A model generated the notes under the pieces. It was given only the letters and a program-made list of their open reading frames with translations. It was not told where the DNA came from and ran no database searches. A program made the position numbers and the translations under genes. DNA of 44,966 bases from Octopus bimaculoides (taxonomy: Eukaryota), in contig NC_068981.1 in the NCBI RefSeq assembly GCF_001194135.2, forward strand, positions 6,984,922 to 7,029,887, read 5' to 3'. Below, one piece after another: positions 34,959 through 44,966 of the stretch (position 1 is the stretch's first letter; every line of letters begins with the position of its first letter).

Positions 34959-34974
34959 AAATAATAATAATCCT

Positions 34975-35065
34975 ATCAGGATCGACAAAAGAAAAAAAGC
35001 AAAGTCGACTTCGGCGGACTTTGGGTTCACAGCATAAAGACGGGCGAAATACCGTGCAGAAAATA
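34975..35065 (-). mobile_element. SINE family B fragment
   Basis: Reverse complement contains GGTATTTCGCCCGTCTTTATG...CCGCCGAAGTCGACTTTGCTTTTT. Confidence 0.7.
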
Positions 35066-35329
35066 NNNNNNNNNNNNNNNNNNNNNNNNNNNNNNNNNNN
35101 NNNNNNNNNNNNNNNNNNNNNNNNNNNNNNNNNNNNNNNNNNNNNNNNNNNNNNNNNNNNNNNNNNNNNNNNNNNNNNNNNNNNNNNNNNNNNNNNNNNN
35201 NNNNNNNNNNNNNNNNNNNNNNNNNNNNNNNNNNNNNNNNNNNNNNNNNNNNNNNNNNNNNNNNNNNNNNNNNNNNNNNNNNNNNNNNNNNNNCTTCTTC
35301 TTCTTCTTCTTCTCCTCATTATTATTAAG

Positions 35330-35560
35330 TCGGCGAGGTGGCAGAATCGTTAGCACGCCGGGCGAAATGCTTAGCGGTATTTTGTGTCTTTACATTCAGA
35401 GTTCAAATTCTGCCGAGGTCGACTTTGCCTTTCATCCTTCCGGGGTTAATAAATTAAGTACCAGTTGAGTACTGAGGAGTGTGTGAGTGTGTAATGACGA
35501 CCCCCCCCCCCACTCACACACTCTCTAAGTTTCAGGCGGCCTACAGTAGAAACAATTATT
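35330..35560 (+). mobile_element. tRNA-derived SINE, family B, full length (best copy)
   Basis: GGCGAGGTGGCAGAATCGTTAG (A-box), GAGTTCAAATTC (B-box), GAGGTCGACTTTGCCTTTCATCCTTCCGGGG..AATAAATTAAGTACCAG body and an (ATT/GTT)n tail. Confidence 0.88.
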
Positions 35561-36199
35561 GTTATTGTTGTTGTTGTTACTGCAGCTTCTCTTGTTAAAG
35601 AATTTGACTAAACAACAGCCATTTCTTTGACGAAAGAGAGAGAAGTTCAAGCTCGCTAACAACCTGATGCAACAACGGACTACAGGTCAATCAGATATCA
35701 CTACAGTCTGCAATACAGTAGGATACAGTATTTCTCTAAGAAATGCTGATGCCGCGAAGGTGGCGCTAAATAAGTAGAGTTGGAAATGTTTTAACACTAT
35801 ATTCCAGCACTCATCAACGAAAATGTCATTTTTCTTCCATCACATTTTCTTCTTTTGACGGTGTTTATCGGAGAAAGTTCACCGAATCTGATTGATTTTA
35901 TCAGACACAAAATTTGATTGTCCTAACTTGGTTTTTCTCGCTTGATGGAATCACACAAAACCAAACATTACAGCACTGCTTGTTGCTGATAACAAATGAT
36001 GGTTCTCGCCTTTTATGTCACATGGAATTCCAGGAATTTTATCAGCGTTCATTGAATAGTATTTAGGGCAGCAAAAGTAATGGAAAAAAAAACGGACCAG
36101 AGTGAGTGCATCCACGTTTCGTTCAATTGGATTTCTTTTGCTGTTTTGCCTTCTGTCCATTAACATAATAGTGTGCTACTCTGTGTATATGAGCCCATG

Positions 36200-36201
36200 A
36201 T

Positions 36202-36241
<40 letters not shown>

Positions 36242-36430
36242 CATATATGTATCTATTTATTATTACGAAAATGTGTGTGTATATGTGTGTGCATATATAT
36301 ATATCTACACACACATAAACACACATATATACACACACACATACATATACACACACACATATATACATACATATATATACACACATATACATACATATGT
36401 ATATATATATATACATATACACATATGTAT

Positions 36431-36475
<45 letters not shown>

Positions 36476-36552
36476 TGTGTGTGTGTGTGACTTTCTTTTA
36501 ATGAAATTACTAAATGAATATATTACGAAAATGCATGTGTATATATGTGTGC

Positions 36553-36608
<56 letters not shown>

Positions 36609-36610
36609 CA
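36200..36610 (+). repeat. Compound (CA/TA)n tract with a duplicated TATTACGAAAATG..TGTGTATAT unit
   Basis: Directly visible; the unit occurs at about 36261 and about 36520. Confidence 0.9.
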
Positions 36611-36631
36611 AAGCACAATCTATATAATGTA

Positions 36632-36938
36632 GGCGCGTAGCTTAGTGGTAAGGGGTATTTGGTTCACGATGGAAAGGTCTCGTGAGTTCAATTCTTGGAG
36701 GTGTATTGTGTTCTTGAGCCAGACATTTATGTTGCTCAAGTGCACTGAGTTGCTAAAAATGAACTGTACCTGTAATGCAAAGGGGATCAGCCTTGTCACG
36801 CCCAATCTCCCCGAGAACTACGTCAAAGACACGCAAGTCCGTGGAGTACTCAGCCAGTTACACGTTAATTTCACGAGCAGGCCGTTTCGTTGGTCGGATC
36901 AACTGAAGCACTCATCGTCGTAACGGACGGAGGGCCAG
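36632..36938 (+). mobile_element. tRNA-derived SINE, family D, full length and older
   Basis: Collinear with 30961-31288 (GAGAACTACGT, CACGTTAATTTCACGAGCA, TCGTCGTAAC.GACGGAG). Confidence 0.88.
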
Positions 36939-37494
36939 TGTGATGTGATGTGGCGATTGTTATCGAAGATGCTTGTGTATATGATATGAAGTGTGTATGA
37001 TGTGTTTGTTGTTGCTGTTGTTGTCATCGAGATGTGGACACAACAACGTGACCTTTTGTTAGAAGAAAGAAAGTTTACGAAATGTCAGTTTGCTGATTAA
37101 TCTGGTCAAACTGACAGAAATGTTTCTATCAATAATAATTAATTGTAATAAAACCACCATATTGATTGGTTTTACCACCGTCATAGCAATGCCAACTGGT
37201 GGTAACGTAGACGGCCAGCTTTGATGACACTACAGTTAATGGTGGTGGTGGTGATGTAAATGACCTGTAATGGTGATGATACAGTAGTTAAGGCTGGTAA
37301 CATTGTAGTTAATGGCGGTGAAAGAGTAGTTAATAGTGCTGTTGGTGACATTGTAGTTAATGGTAATGTTAGTGATGTTGTAGATCAATAGTTGTCAACC
37401 ATTTCTTACCCGTGCACCCCTTTAATGTTTATCTCACTCGGGTGGACCTTCACAACCGTTTGATGTTTAAAAAATCGTATATTTTTATATTAAC

Positions 37495-37700
37495 GAATTT
37501 TGGATTCAGATTTTTGGCACAATGCCAGCAATTTCGGGAGCGCGGGAAGTTGATTACATCGACCATAGTTTTCAGCCGGTACATATTTTATCGACCCCCG
37601 AATGAATAAAAGGCAAAGGCGACCTTGGCGAAATTCGAACTAAGAACGTAAAGACGGACGAAATGCCACAAAGCATTCCGACCGGCGTTCTAACATTCAT
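37495..37700 (-). mobile_element. SINE family B variant
   Basis: Reverse complement: GGCATTTCGTCCGTCTTTACGTTCTTAGTTCGAATTTCGCCAAGGTCGCCTTTGCCTTTTATTCATTCGGGGGTCGATAAAATATGTACC. Confidence 0.8.
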
Positions 37701-37719
37701 TTCTATTGGTTGACTGTGT

Positions 37720-38020
37720 CGTTGTGTTGGTGACTGTCGTTAATTCTGCTGCTGCTGTTGCAGTTTATATTACAACTGACATTACAGTTCCTTCTCATGT
37801 TCATGCTGCACTTAATTATGCAGTTACAACTGCAGTTAACGCTGTCTTTGCTAATTCAAATAATGGCGTTGTTGATAAAATCGCAGTTAATTATGCAAGT
37901 GATGCAGCAGCAGTTACTGCAGCAATTATGCAATTGCATCTCAATGTTGCTGTTGATATTGCAATTAATGTTGCTGTTTTCTTGCAGTTAATGCTGCAGA
38001 TGCGGTTACAGCTGCTTCTG
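37720..38020 (+). repeat. Cryptic 3n-periodic repeat built on GCAGTT(AAT)
   Basis: GCAGTT recurs about eight times with GTTAAT/GCAATT variants, mostly in phase. Confidence 0.7.
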
Positions 38021-38513
38021 TCACTCGTAAACAAAAACAAAATGTATACATACATTTAGCAATCACATAAAAAAAAAAACAAGTCACACACACACTAACA
38101 AAACCAAAGACAAAAAAAACCTATACAGGTGTAAATTCTACAGTGCTACACCTTTATTGATTAGCATTGCTTGGTGTGATGCTGCTCAACCTATAATGAC
38201 AGGTCACATGGACAATAAACATGTGGGGCAACAGCAGTCAAATCTCCCTCAAAACACATGCTGTCGTCTTCACTAAGGACTCTTTACATAATATAGTCGT
38301 AAGCATAAACTAAATGATAGACAAAGTGTCCACGGTTAGAATGTCTTGGCATGTTTTGGTCATTTCAGCCCCATTAAAAATTGCCGTTAAAAAACTGGGT
38401 TATCTACCCACAAAAAAATTGTTGACGTTTGGCCACCTCAATCGGAATGGTAGGATTTGTTATAAAAATGTCATCAGATTCAGTAAGATGCTTAATTTTT
38501 TCGGCTTTCACGT

Positions 38514-38712
38514 TTACTCTTTTACTTATTTCAGTCATTTGACTGTGGCCATGCTGGAGCACCGCATTTAGTCGAGCAAATCGACCGCAGGACTTATTCT
38601 TTGTAAGCCTAGTACTTATTCTATCGAACTCTTTGCTGAACCGCTAAGTTACGGAGATGTAAACACACCAGCACGTCAAGCGATGTTGGGGGACAAACAC
38701 AGAAACACAAAC

Positions 38713-38750
<38 letters not shown>

Positions 38751-38930
38751 TTATATATATATATATATATACGACAGGCTTCTTTCAGTTTCCGTCTACC
38801 AAATGCACTCACAATGCTTTGATCGGCCCGAGGCTATAGTAGAAGACACTTGCCCAATGTGCTACGCAGTGGGACTGAACCCGGAACCACGTGGTTCGTT
38901 AGCAAGCTACTTACCACACAGTCACTCCTA
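38514..38930 (-). mobile_element. tRNA-derived SINE, family A, full length with an internal (TA)n expansion
   Basis: Reverse complement has A-box GAGTGACTGTGTGGTAAG, B-box GGTTCCGGGTTCAGTCCC and the complete family A tail. Confidence 0.92.
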
Positions 38931-39570
38931 CGTTTATTAATTTTTCATTTTTTTTGTTTTATTGGAGGTTAAACAATTTTTATATAAATAAAATTCGTTT
39001 AATGGGGGTGAGATAATCAAAAAGTGCCAAATGTACTAACAGATCTATCAAGGCTGACCTACGACTAAATACCAACAACAACAGCAACAACAATGATAAT
39101 ATATGTCTTCATATATACCTAACTTCACACGAAGCCCCGAAGTTTCAGTTATTTAGATAGGCCAGGTGACATACGTTGTGGGGACAATGGCTTCCTCGAG
39201 GGATTAGATTTGTGAGTAAAAATGGCGTGGAATAGAAATAAAATCCGGAACCGATTCAGAGGTCACAATTCCACCGCATCCATTACAAGGGAAATAGTAA
39301 GTTTGACGCCCCACCGCCTCCATAATGCCACACCAAATATCGATGCAATGTGTTATACACGCATTAATATACACCTAGTTGTTGCGGTCCACAACACAGA
39401 CATTCAAATTGCATGTATTTACGCTCACACAAACAGATTCACCAACATACTGAGAACTCGTGCGCATGCACACACACACCTTTGAGCACACACATATTGA
39501 TACACATCCATACACATAAATATATATGCATAAACATATTTACACACACATACACACAATAATAACAATA

Positions 39571-39619
<49 letters not shown>

Positions 39620-40462
39620 GCGCGCGCGCACGCACTCAAGCCTGCAAAAGAAAATAGAAAATCACGGTATTTACCTTACCCATAGATGCACACGTGTGTG
39701 TATATGAGAGAAAGAGAGAGAGAGAGAGATAGAGAGGGGGGGAGAGAGAGAGAAAGAGAGAGAGAGAGATAGAGAGGGGGGAGATNNNNNNNNNNNNNNN
39801 NNNNNNNNNNNNNNNNNNNNNNNNNNNNNNNNNNNNNNNNNNNNNNNNNNNNNNNNNNNNNNNNNNNNNNNNNNNNNNNNNNNNNNNNNNNNNNNNNNNN
39901 NNNNNNNNNNNNNNNNNNNNNNNNNNNNNNNNNNNNNNNNNNNNNNNNNNNNNNNNNNNNNNNNNNNNNNNNNNNNNNNNNNNNNNNNNNNNNNNNNNNN
40001 NNNNNNNNNNNNNNNNNNNNNNNNNNNNNNNNNNNNNNNNNNNNNNNNNNNNNNNNNNNNNNNNNNNNNNNNNNNNNNNNNNNNNNNNNNNNNNNNNNNN
40101 NNNNNNNNNNNNNNNNNNNNNNNNNNNNNNNNNNNNNNNNNNNNNNNNNNNNNNNNNNNNNNNNNNNNNNNNNNNNNNNNNNNNNNNNNNNNNNNNNNNN
40201 NNNNNNNNNNNNNNNNNNNNNNNNNNNNNNNNNNNNNNNNNNNNNNNNNNNNNNNNNNNNNNNNNNNNNNNNNNNNNNNNNNNNNNNNNNNNNNNNNNNN
40301 NNNNNNNNNNNNNNNNNNNNNNNNNNNNNNNNNNNNNNNNNNNNNNNNNNNNNNNNNNNNNNNNNNNNNNNNNNNNNNNNNNNNNNNNNNNNNNNNNNNN
40401 NNNNNNNNNNNNNNNNNNNNNNNNNNNNNNNNNNNNNNNNNNNNNNNNNNNNNNNNNNNNNN

Positions 40463-40590
40463 ACAACAAAAATATACGAAACATGAGTATATGGAACATG
40501 AAAGACACAAATGGAAAACAAAACAATCAACATAAAGAACGACCCTTCATCAGTTTTTGGCTGTTTTTCTAGTCTCGTATTTCGAGTATT
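40463..40590 (-). mobile_element. Dispersed repeat fragment of the same family as 11942-12150
   Basis: Reverse complement TACTCGAAATACG...AAACAGCC...CTGATGAAGGGTCGTTCTTTATGTTG matches the 5' part of the copy near 11975. Confidence 0.5.
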
Positions 40591-40599
40591 TATATATAT

Positions 40600-40812
40600 A
40601 TATGTTTGTGTGTCTGTGTTTGTACTCCCACCAACGCTTGACAACCGATGTTGGTGTGTTTACGTCCCCGTAACTTAGCGGTTCGGTAAAAATGACCAAT
40701 AGAATAAGTACTAGGCTTACAAAGAATAAGTCCTGGGGACGATTTGTTCGACTAAAGGGGGTGCTCCAGCATGGCCGCAGTCAAATGACAGAAACAAATA
40801 AAAGAATAAAAA
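40600..40812 (+). mobile_element. SINE family A 3' half
   Basis: CGCTTGACAACCGATGTTGGTGTGTTTACGTCCCCGTAACTTAGCGGTTCGG...GCATGGCCGCAGTCAAATGAC, matching 1800-1988. Confidence 0.9.
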
Positions 40813-40817
40813 AGTAT

Positions 40818-40903
40818 GTACCAGTTGCGTACTGAGGTCGATCCAATCGACTGGCCCCCTCCCCCCAAATTTCGGTCCTTGTGCCTAGAATAGAAAAGAC
40901 TAT
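40818..40903 (+). mobile_element. SINE family B tail fragment
   Basis: GTACCAGTTGCGTACTGAGGTCGATCCAATCGACT...CCCCAAATTTC...CTTGTGCCTAGAATAGAAAAGACTATT. Confidence 0.7.
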
Positions 40904-41945
40904 TTTCGCAAAGCAATTCTGCCAATTCTCTTATTCTCGTCTTTTTTTAAAGTTGTTAATTCTGTTATTTTTCTTTTTTCTTTTTTTTCTTTAAAAGATT
41001 TCTATTCGAAGTCTGCTTACTTCTCTGGTTTACCATTCCTGAATTCAGGCGAAGTGCAGCACAGTTATGGTTTAAATGTCCTCCTGTTCGTTGAACTGAG
41101 GAATTATGTTATAGTCGAAAGTTATAAAGAAGACGATGCCCGAGCCTTACTTCGAACATGATGGCTGGAACCAAATAAAGAACTAAAAGATGTTACTAGA
41201 CAGACAGGATGTATCTGAAGAATTGTCCAGTGAAATGTGGAAGTGTGACAATTTAGGGAATTAATGAGACAGAGTGACAGTTCATAGTCATGAAATATCA
41301 TCATTTTGTCAACGCGAAGAATTTTATAAATATGGCTACTGTAAAAGAGCAGAGAGAATCGACGAGGAAGATGGGAAGGGAGACACGTGACGTGTCAGAT
41401 AGTTTATAGGAATTATGACAGGGAGAGAATCGAGACGGGAAGTAAAAAGGAGAGACGGAATCATAGAATGTGTGAGGAATTTCTTAAATGGCTATACTTA
41501 ATACGACAAAGTGCCGAAATATATGAAGCATTCATGTAGCTATGGAACACACACCTTTCTAAACGTGTGTGTGTGTGTGGTATGCATGTATGTATGTATG
41601 TTCACACACACACACTTGTATGTATGTACACTCGCTTCACATACTTGTGCTTCACATACGTTGTGCGGAGCAGTTAGTATAGGAATTTATCATAATATTT
41701 ATTAGCAGTATCCATGGAAATTCCACGGCCCATTTTGGGTTTACAGTGTCAGCCACAAACATCTCCCCACTGCAGAATAATCTCCTGTCATAATTCCTTC
41801 ATAATTCTTTGATTAATTTCTAGGAAATCTTCTCTCTTCTTTTCGATCCTATCAGCATCGTTCATATTCTGCTCCATTTCCTTGTAACAATTCTCATTCC
41901 TTCCCTCATTAACTTCAGCTTCACACACACACACACACACACAAA

Positions 41946-41946
<1 letters not shown>

Positions 41947-42027
<81 letters not shown>

Positions 42028-42037
42028 CGTGTGTGTT
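41947..42037 (+). repeat. (GT)n microsatellite
   Basis: Directly visible. Confidence 0.95.
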
Positions 42038-42271
42038 TGCCACTGTTGTGATGCCTATACACACTCATTTATTTATGCATCTCAACAAAGACCCAGGGAC
42101 ACACGAACCTCTGAGCACCGTTTCTTGAACATTGCCTGAAATTTCTAGCTTGGAAAATTATCTCTGCTCCAAAACAAAGAATAAAAACAGACACAGATAA
42201 ACCGTGACAGAAACCTACGGAACGACATGTGTGTTATTAGATGGACATTTCTGAAACATGTGTGACGGTGT

Positions 42272-42602
42272 TGAGTGAGTGAGTGAGTATGTGAGTGAGT
42301 GAGTGAGTGAGTGAGTGAAAGAGAAAGAGAGGTGCGAGAAAGAGAGAGACAGAAGGAGAGAGAGCAGGAGAGAGCAGGAGAGAGACGGGAGATAGAGAGA
42401 GAGGAGAGAAAGGGAAGAGGGAAGAAGAGAAAGAGAGAGAGAAGGAGAGAGACAGATGAAGAGACAGAGAAAGAGCGGGAGAGAGAGAGAGCGAGAAAGA
42501 GAACGATAAGGAGGGAGAAAGAGGAAGAGAAAGAGAGTGAGAGAGAAAGGGAGAGGGAGAGAGAGGAAGAGGGAGAGAAAAAGAGAGGGAGAGAAAGAGA
42601 GG

Positions 42603-42657
<55 letters not shown>

Positions 42658-42660
42658 CGG
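42272..42660 (+). repeat. (GAGT)n followed by a polypurine (GA/GGA/GAA)n tract of about 340 bp
   Basis: Directly visible. Confidence 0.95.
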
Positions 42661-43805
42661 GGGAGAACGGGTGGGCAGTAATCTGGTGCCGTAGTAGCCA
42701 TCGAGATGAAGTTGCAATCATCATTGGTACGTTGAAAGTGGAAGGAATAAGTCTACAATTGGCGATATTCGCAGATTTTCCCCCTCTGATGACTCATGGA
42801 ATGAAGATACCATATTTCCAAAGAAAGACGAGAGGTTTCTGTAGAGACGTAAAAACTTTAAAAATTGTAGGGGTGGGGGTGGAAAGAAAAAGAAGAAGCT
42901 CTGGAAAACAGCAAGACATAAAGATGATGGGATGAAGAGTATCGAAGGACGTCATCTTGATGGGAGGGGAAGGAGGGGGGAAATCGGATCGCAGACAATG
43001 TGAAACACGTTGGAGTTTGTCTGAGGTCTGAGGTAGAAGTATATACAGCGTAAAGTTTGACGTGCATTGAGCAACAACTGACGCTGTTTAGCCTCAACAT
43101 AACGCTCACGGAGCCGGCTTCTTTATCATGAGCAGTCGACCAGGTCTGCGATCGTAGAATTTTTTTTTCTCTCCTATCATTCTCGGAGACTTTAAAAAGA
43201 AAAAAAAAATCAGTGGTACTGTCCCTCTTCCGCTTATAACTAAGACATGAAGAAAATGGTAAAGGTTCATATTTCACCAAAGACGATATTTCAAGCTGAG
43301 AGGAGTGTACTTAAAGATCAGTCTCTCCCAGACATTTTCTTTCTCAATCAACATACCTTACAACGAGAGTAATATCAATGAGTAGACAACTGACTTAGCA
43401 GAAGGATGAACACATTTGACAGACAGACATTATTGAAAGATGGGGGGGGGGGGTTAGAAGAAGGGATACAAAAATAAAAAAACAGAAGCAAAAAGTTAAG
43501 CTGTATAAAATTGATGAGAAGTGGGTAAAACAATTATAGTTTTACGACAACTAGACAAGGGTTTTGCCGAGTTCATTTAGAAAACAGCGAAAGTAGGCGA
43601 TCATTAATGGTACAAAAATAAATACATACATTCATAAATAAATACAGGTAGAAGGGACGGTTAGTGGAATGGGAAATTAGGGAGCAGGGTGGTGGGTCGG
43701 AGGGGGCGGGACATTAGGGAGAGTAAAATGACTGCCAAGCAAATTGCTCTTGCACGTGTGCAACTGGAAATGCACAAGAGGGAGACATTAACTACAGTAA
43801 TTGAT

Positions 43806-44055
43806 GTTATATATACACACATACATTTATGCATATACACACACATATATACAAATATATATATATATATACAAATATATATATATATATATACACATAT
43901 ACATACACACACACATATTCATATACATACACGGATATATGTATATAAACTTCCTTATATATCGATATACATACATAAATATAAAAAAACACAAATTTTA
44001 GAATCTTCAAATATACATGAATATATATGTACATGTGTGTGTATATATTATATAC

Positions 44056-44127
<72 letters not shown>

Positions 44128-44250
44128 ATATATATATATATATATATGAGTGTGTATTAATCTAATGTATGGACAACCATACACACACATATATAAACAC
44201 ACACACAAGCATACATGCACATATGCATACACATACATACATGCGCATGT
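43806..44250 (+). repeat. Compound (TA/CA/TG)n tract
   Basis: Directly visible. Confidence 0.9.
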
Positions 44251-44913
44251 GTATATTGGTATGGATGTATGTTAGTGAGCGCGTGTATTTATATAATTAC
44301 CTATCCATTGAACTAGAGGGAGAGGGAGAGGGAGAGGGGGAGAAGGAGTAGGGAGGGAGAAACGTACATATATATATTACTGAAAACATCCACAAATAAG
44401 CTCATTAAGTGTACAATCTCTCTCTCTCTCTCTCTCTCTCACACGCACGCACACAGAAACGTAGGTATGTAGAAGTACCCGAGAGGGTGTAAAGGTAGAA
44501 GGAGGATGGAGGCACGTGTGTGTACTTTATTATAAATACGTGTCTGTGCGGTGAACGGCGAGGTGATGGAAAGAACAGCTGTCCTTTGGAGTTGAGATAT
44601 GAAACGTGGAGTCTCCATTGAGTTGTAACAGCTCACCCTTATTAAATATCCCACAAGCACACCGCAAACATGTTCTATCTCCCTCTCTCTCTTTTCCTCC
44701 CTCTTTCTCTTTCCCTCCCTCTCTCTCTCACTCTCTCTACATATATGTCTATCTCTGTGTGTGTGTGTGTGTGTGTGTGTGTCAATTCGTTTATTATCAC
44801 CTGGCTGTATGTGTGTGAATGCGTCAATAATATGTAGTTTGTGTGCATATGTATGCAAATAGGAGTGAGTATGCACAGCACGCATGCGTGAGGGTGTATG
44901 AAATATCCGGCAC

Positions 44914-44966
<53 letters not shown>

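Noticed and set aside
35752-35770. CTCF-like AGGTGGCGCTA; also AGGGGGGCGCT near 13840
   Set aside because: Only the 3' half of the motif matches; the CCASY 5' half is absent.
43029-43096. let-7-like 22-mer TGAGGTAGAAGTATATACAGCG (seed match, 15 of 22 identical) with partial downstream complementarity
   Set aside because: Pairing to 43081-43096 leaves an 11-versus-4 nt internal loop, so it is not a Drosha/Dicer-type hairpin, and real let-7 is nearly invariant.
44530-44545. TATAAATA TATA-box-like motif
   Set aside because: No downstream initiator, exon or ORF support in an AT-rich background.
1-44966. CRISPR arrays, rRNA genes and prokaryotic operon-like systems
   Set aside because: No regularly spaced repeat-spacer structure or rRNA motifs; the sequence is eukaryotic repeat-rich DNA.

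Overview
This is a gene-poor, repeat-dense animal genomic window with about 4.8 kb of N gaps. The microsatellite density and tRNA-derived SINE families point to a coleoid cephalopod, probably Octopus (inference from recall, not a database hit). No host protein-coding gene can be established, and nearly all ORFs in the supplied track are microsatellite or N-gap artefacts. Supported content: (i) four 5'-truncated fragments of restriction-like-endonuclease (RLE) non-LTR retrotransposons of the R4/Dong type, adjoining (TAA)n arrays on their sense strand, twice in an element-(TAA)n-element arrangement; (ii) a decayed, nearly full-length mariner and a 522-bp hairpin MITE made of two inverted mariner right ends; (iii) about 20 SINE copies or fragments from roughly four families, several as nearby inverted pairs; (iv) Penelope-like terminal fragments, one carrying a complete minimal type I hammerhead ribozyme fold at 30285-30329 (-) next to a perfect 39-bp inverted repeat; (v) abundant simple repeats and local duplications. 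The best leads are the hammerhead, the TAA-targeted RLE arrays and the mariner hairpin. A phase-compatible chain of three minus-strand micro-exons is reported as speculative. No rRNA, genuine tRNA or CRISPR array was seen.
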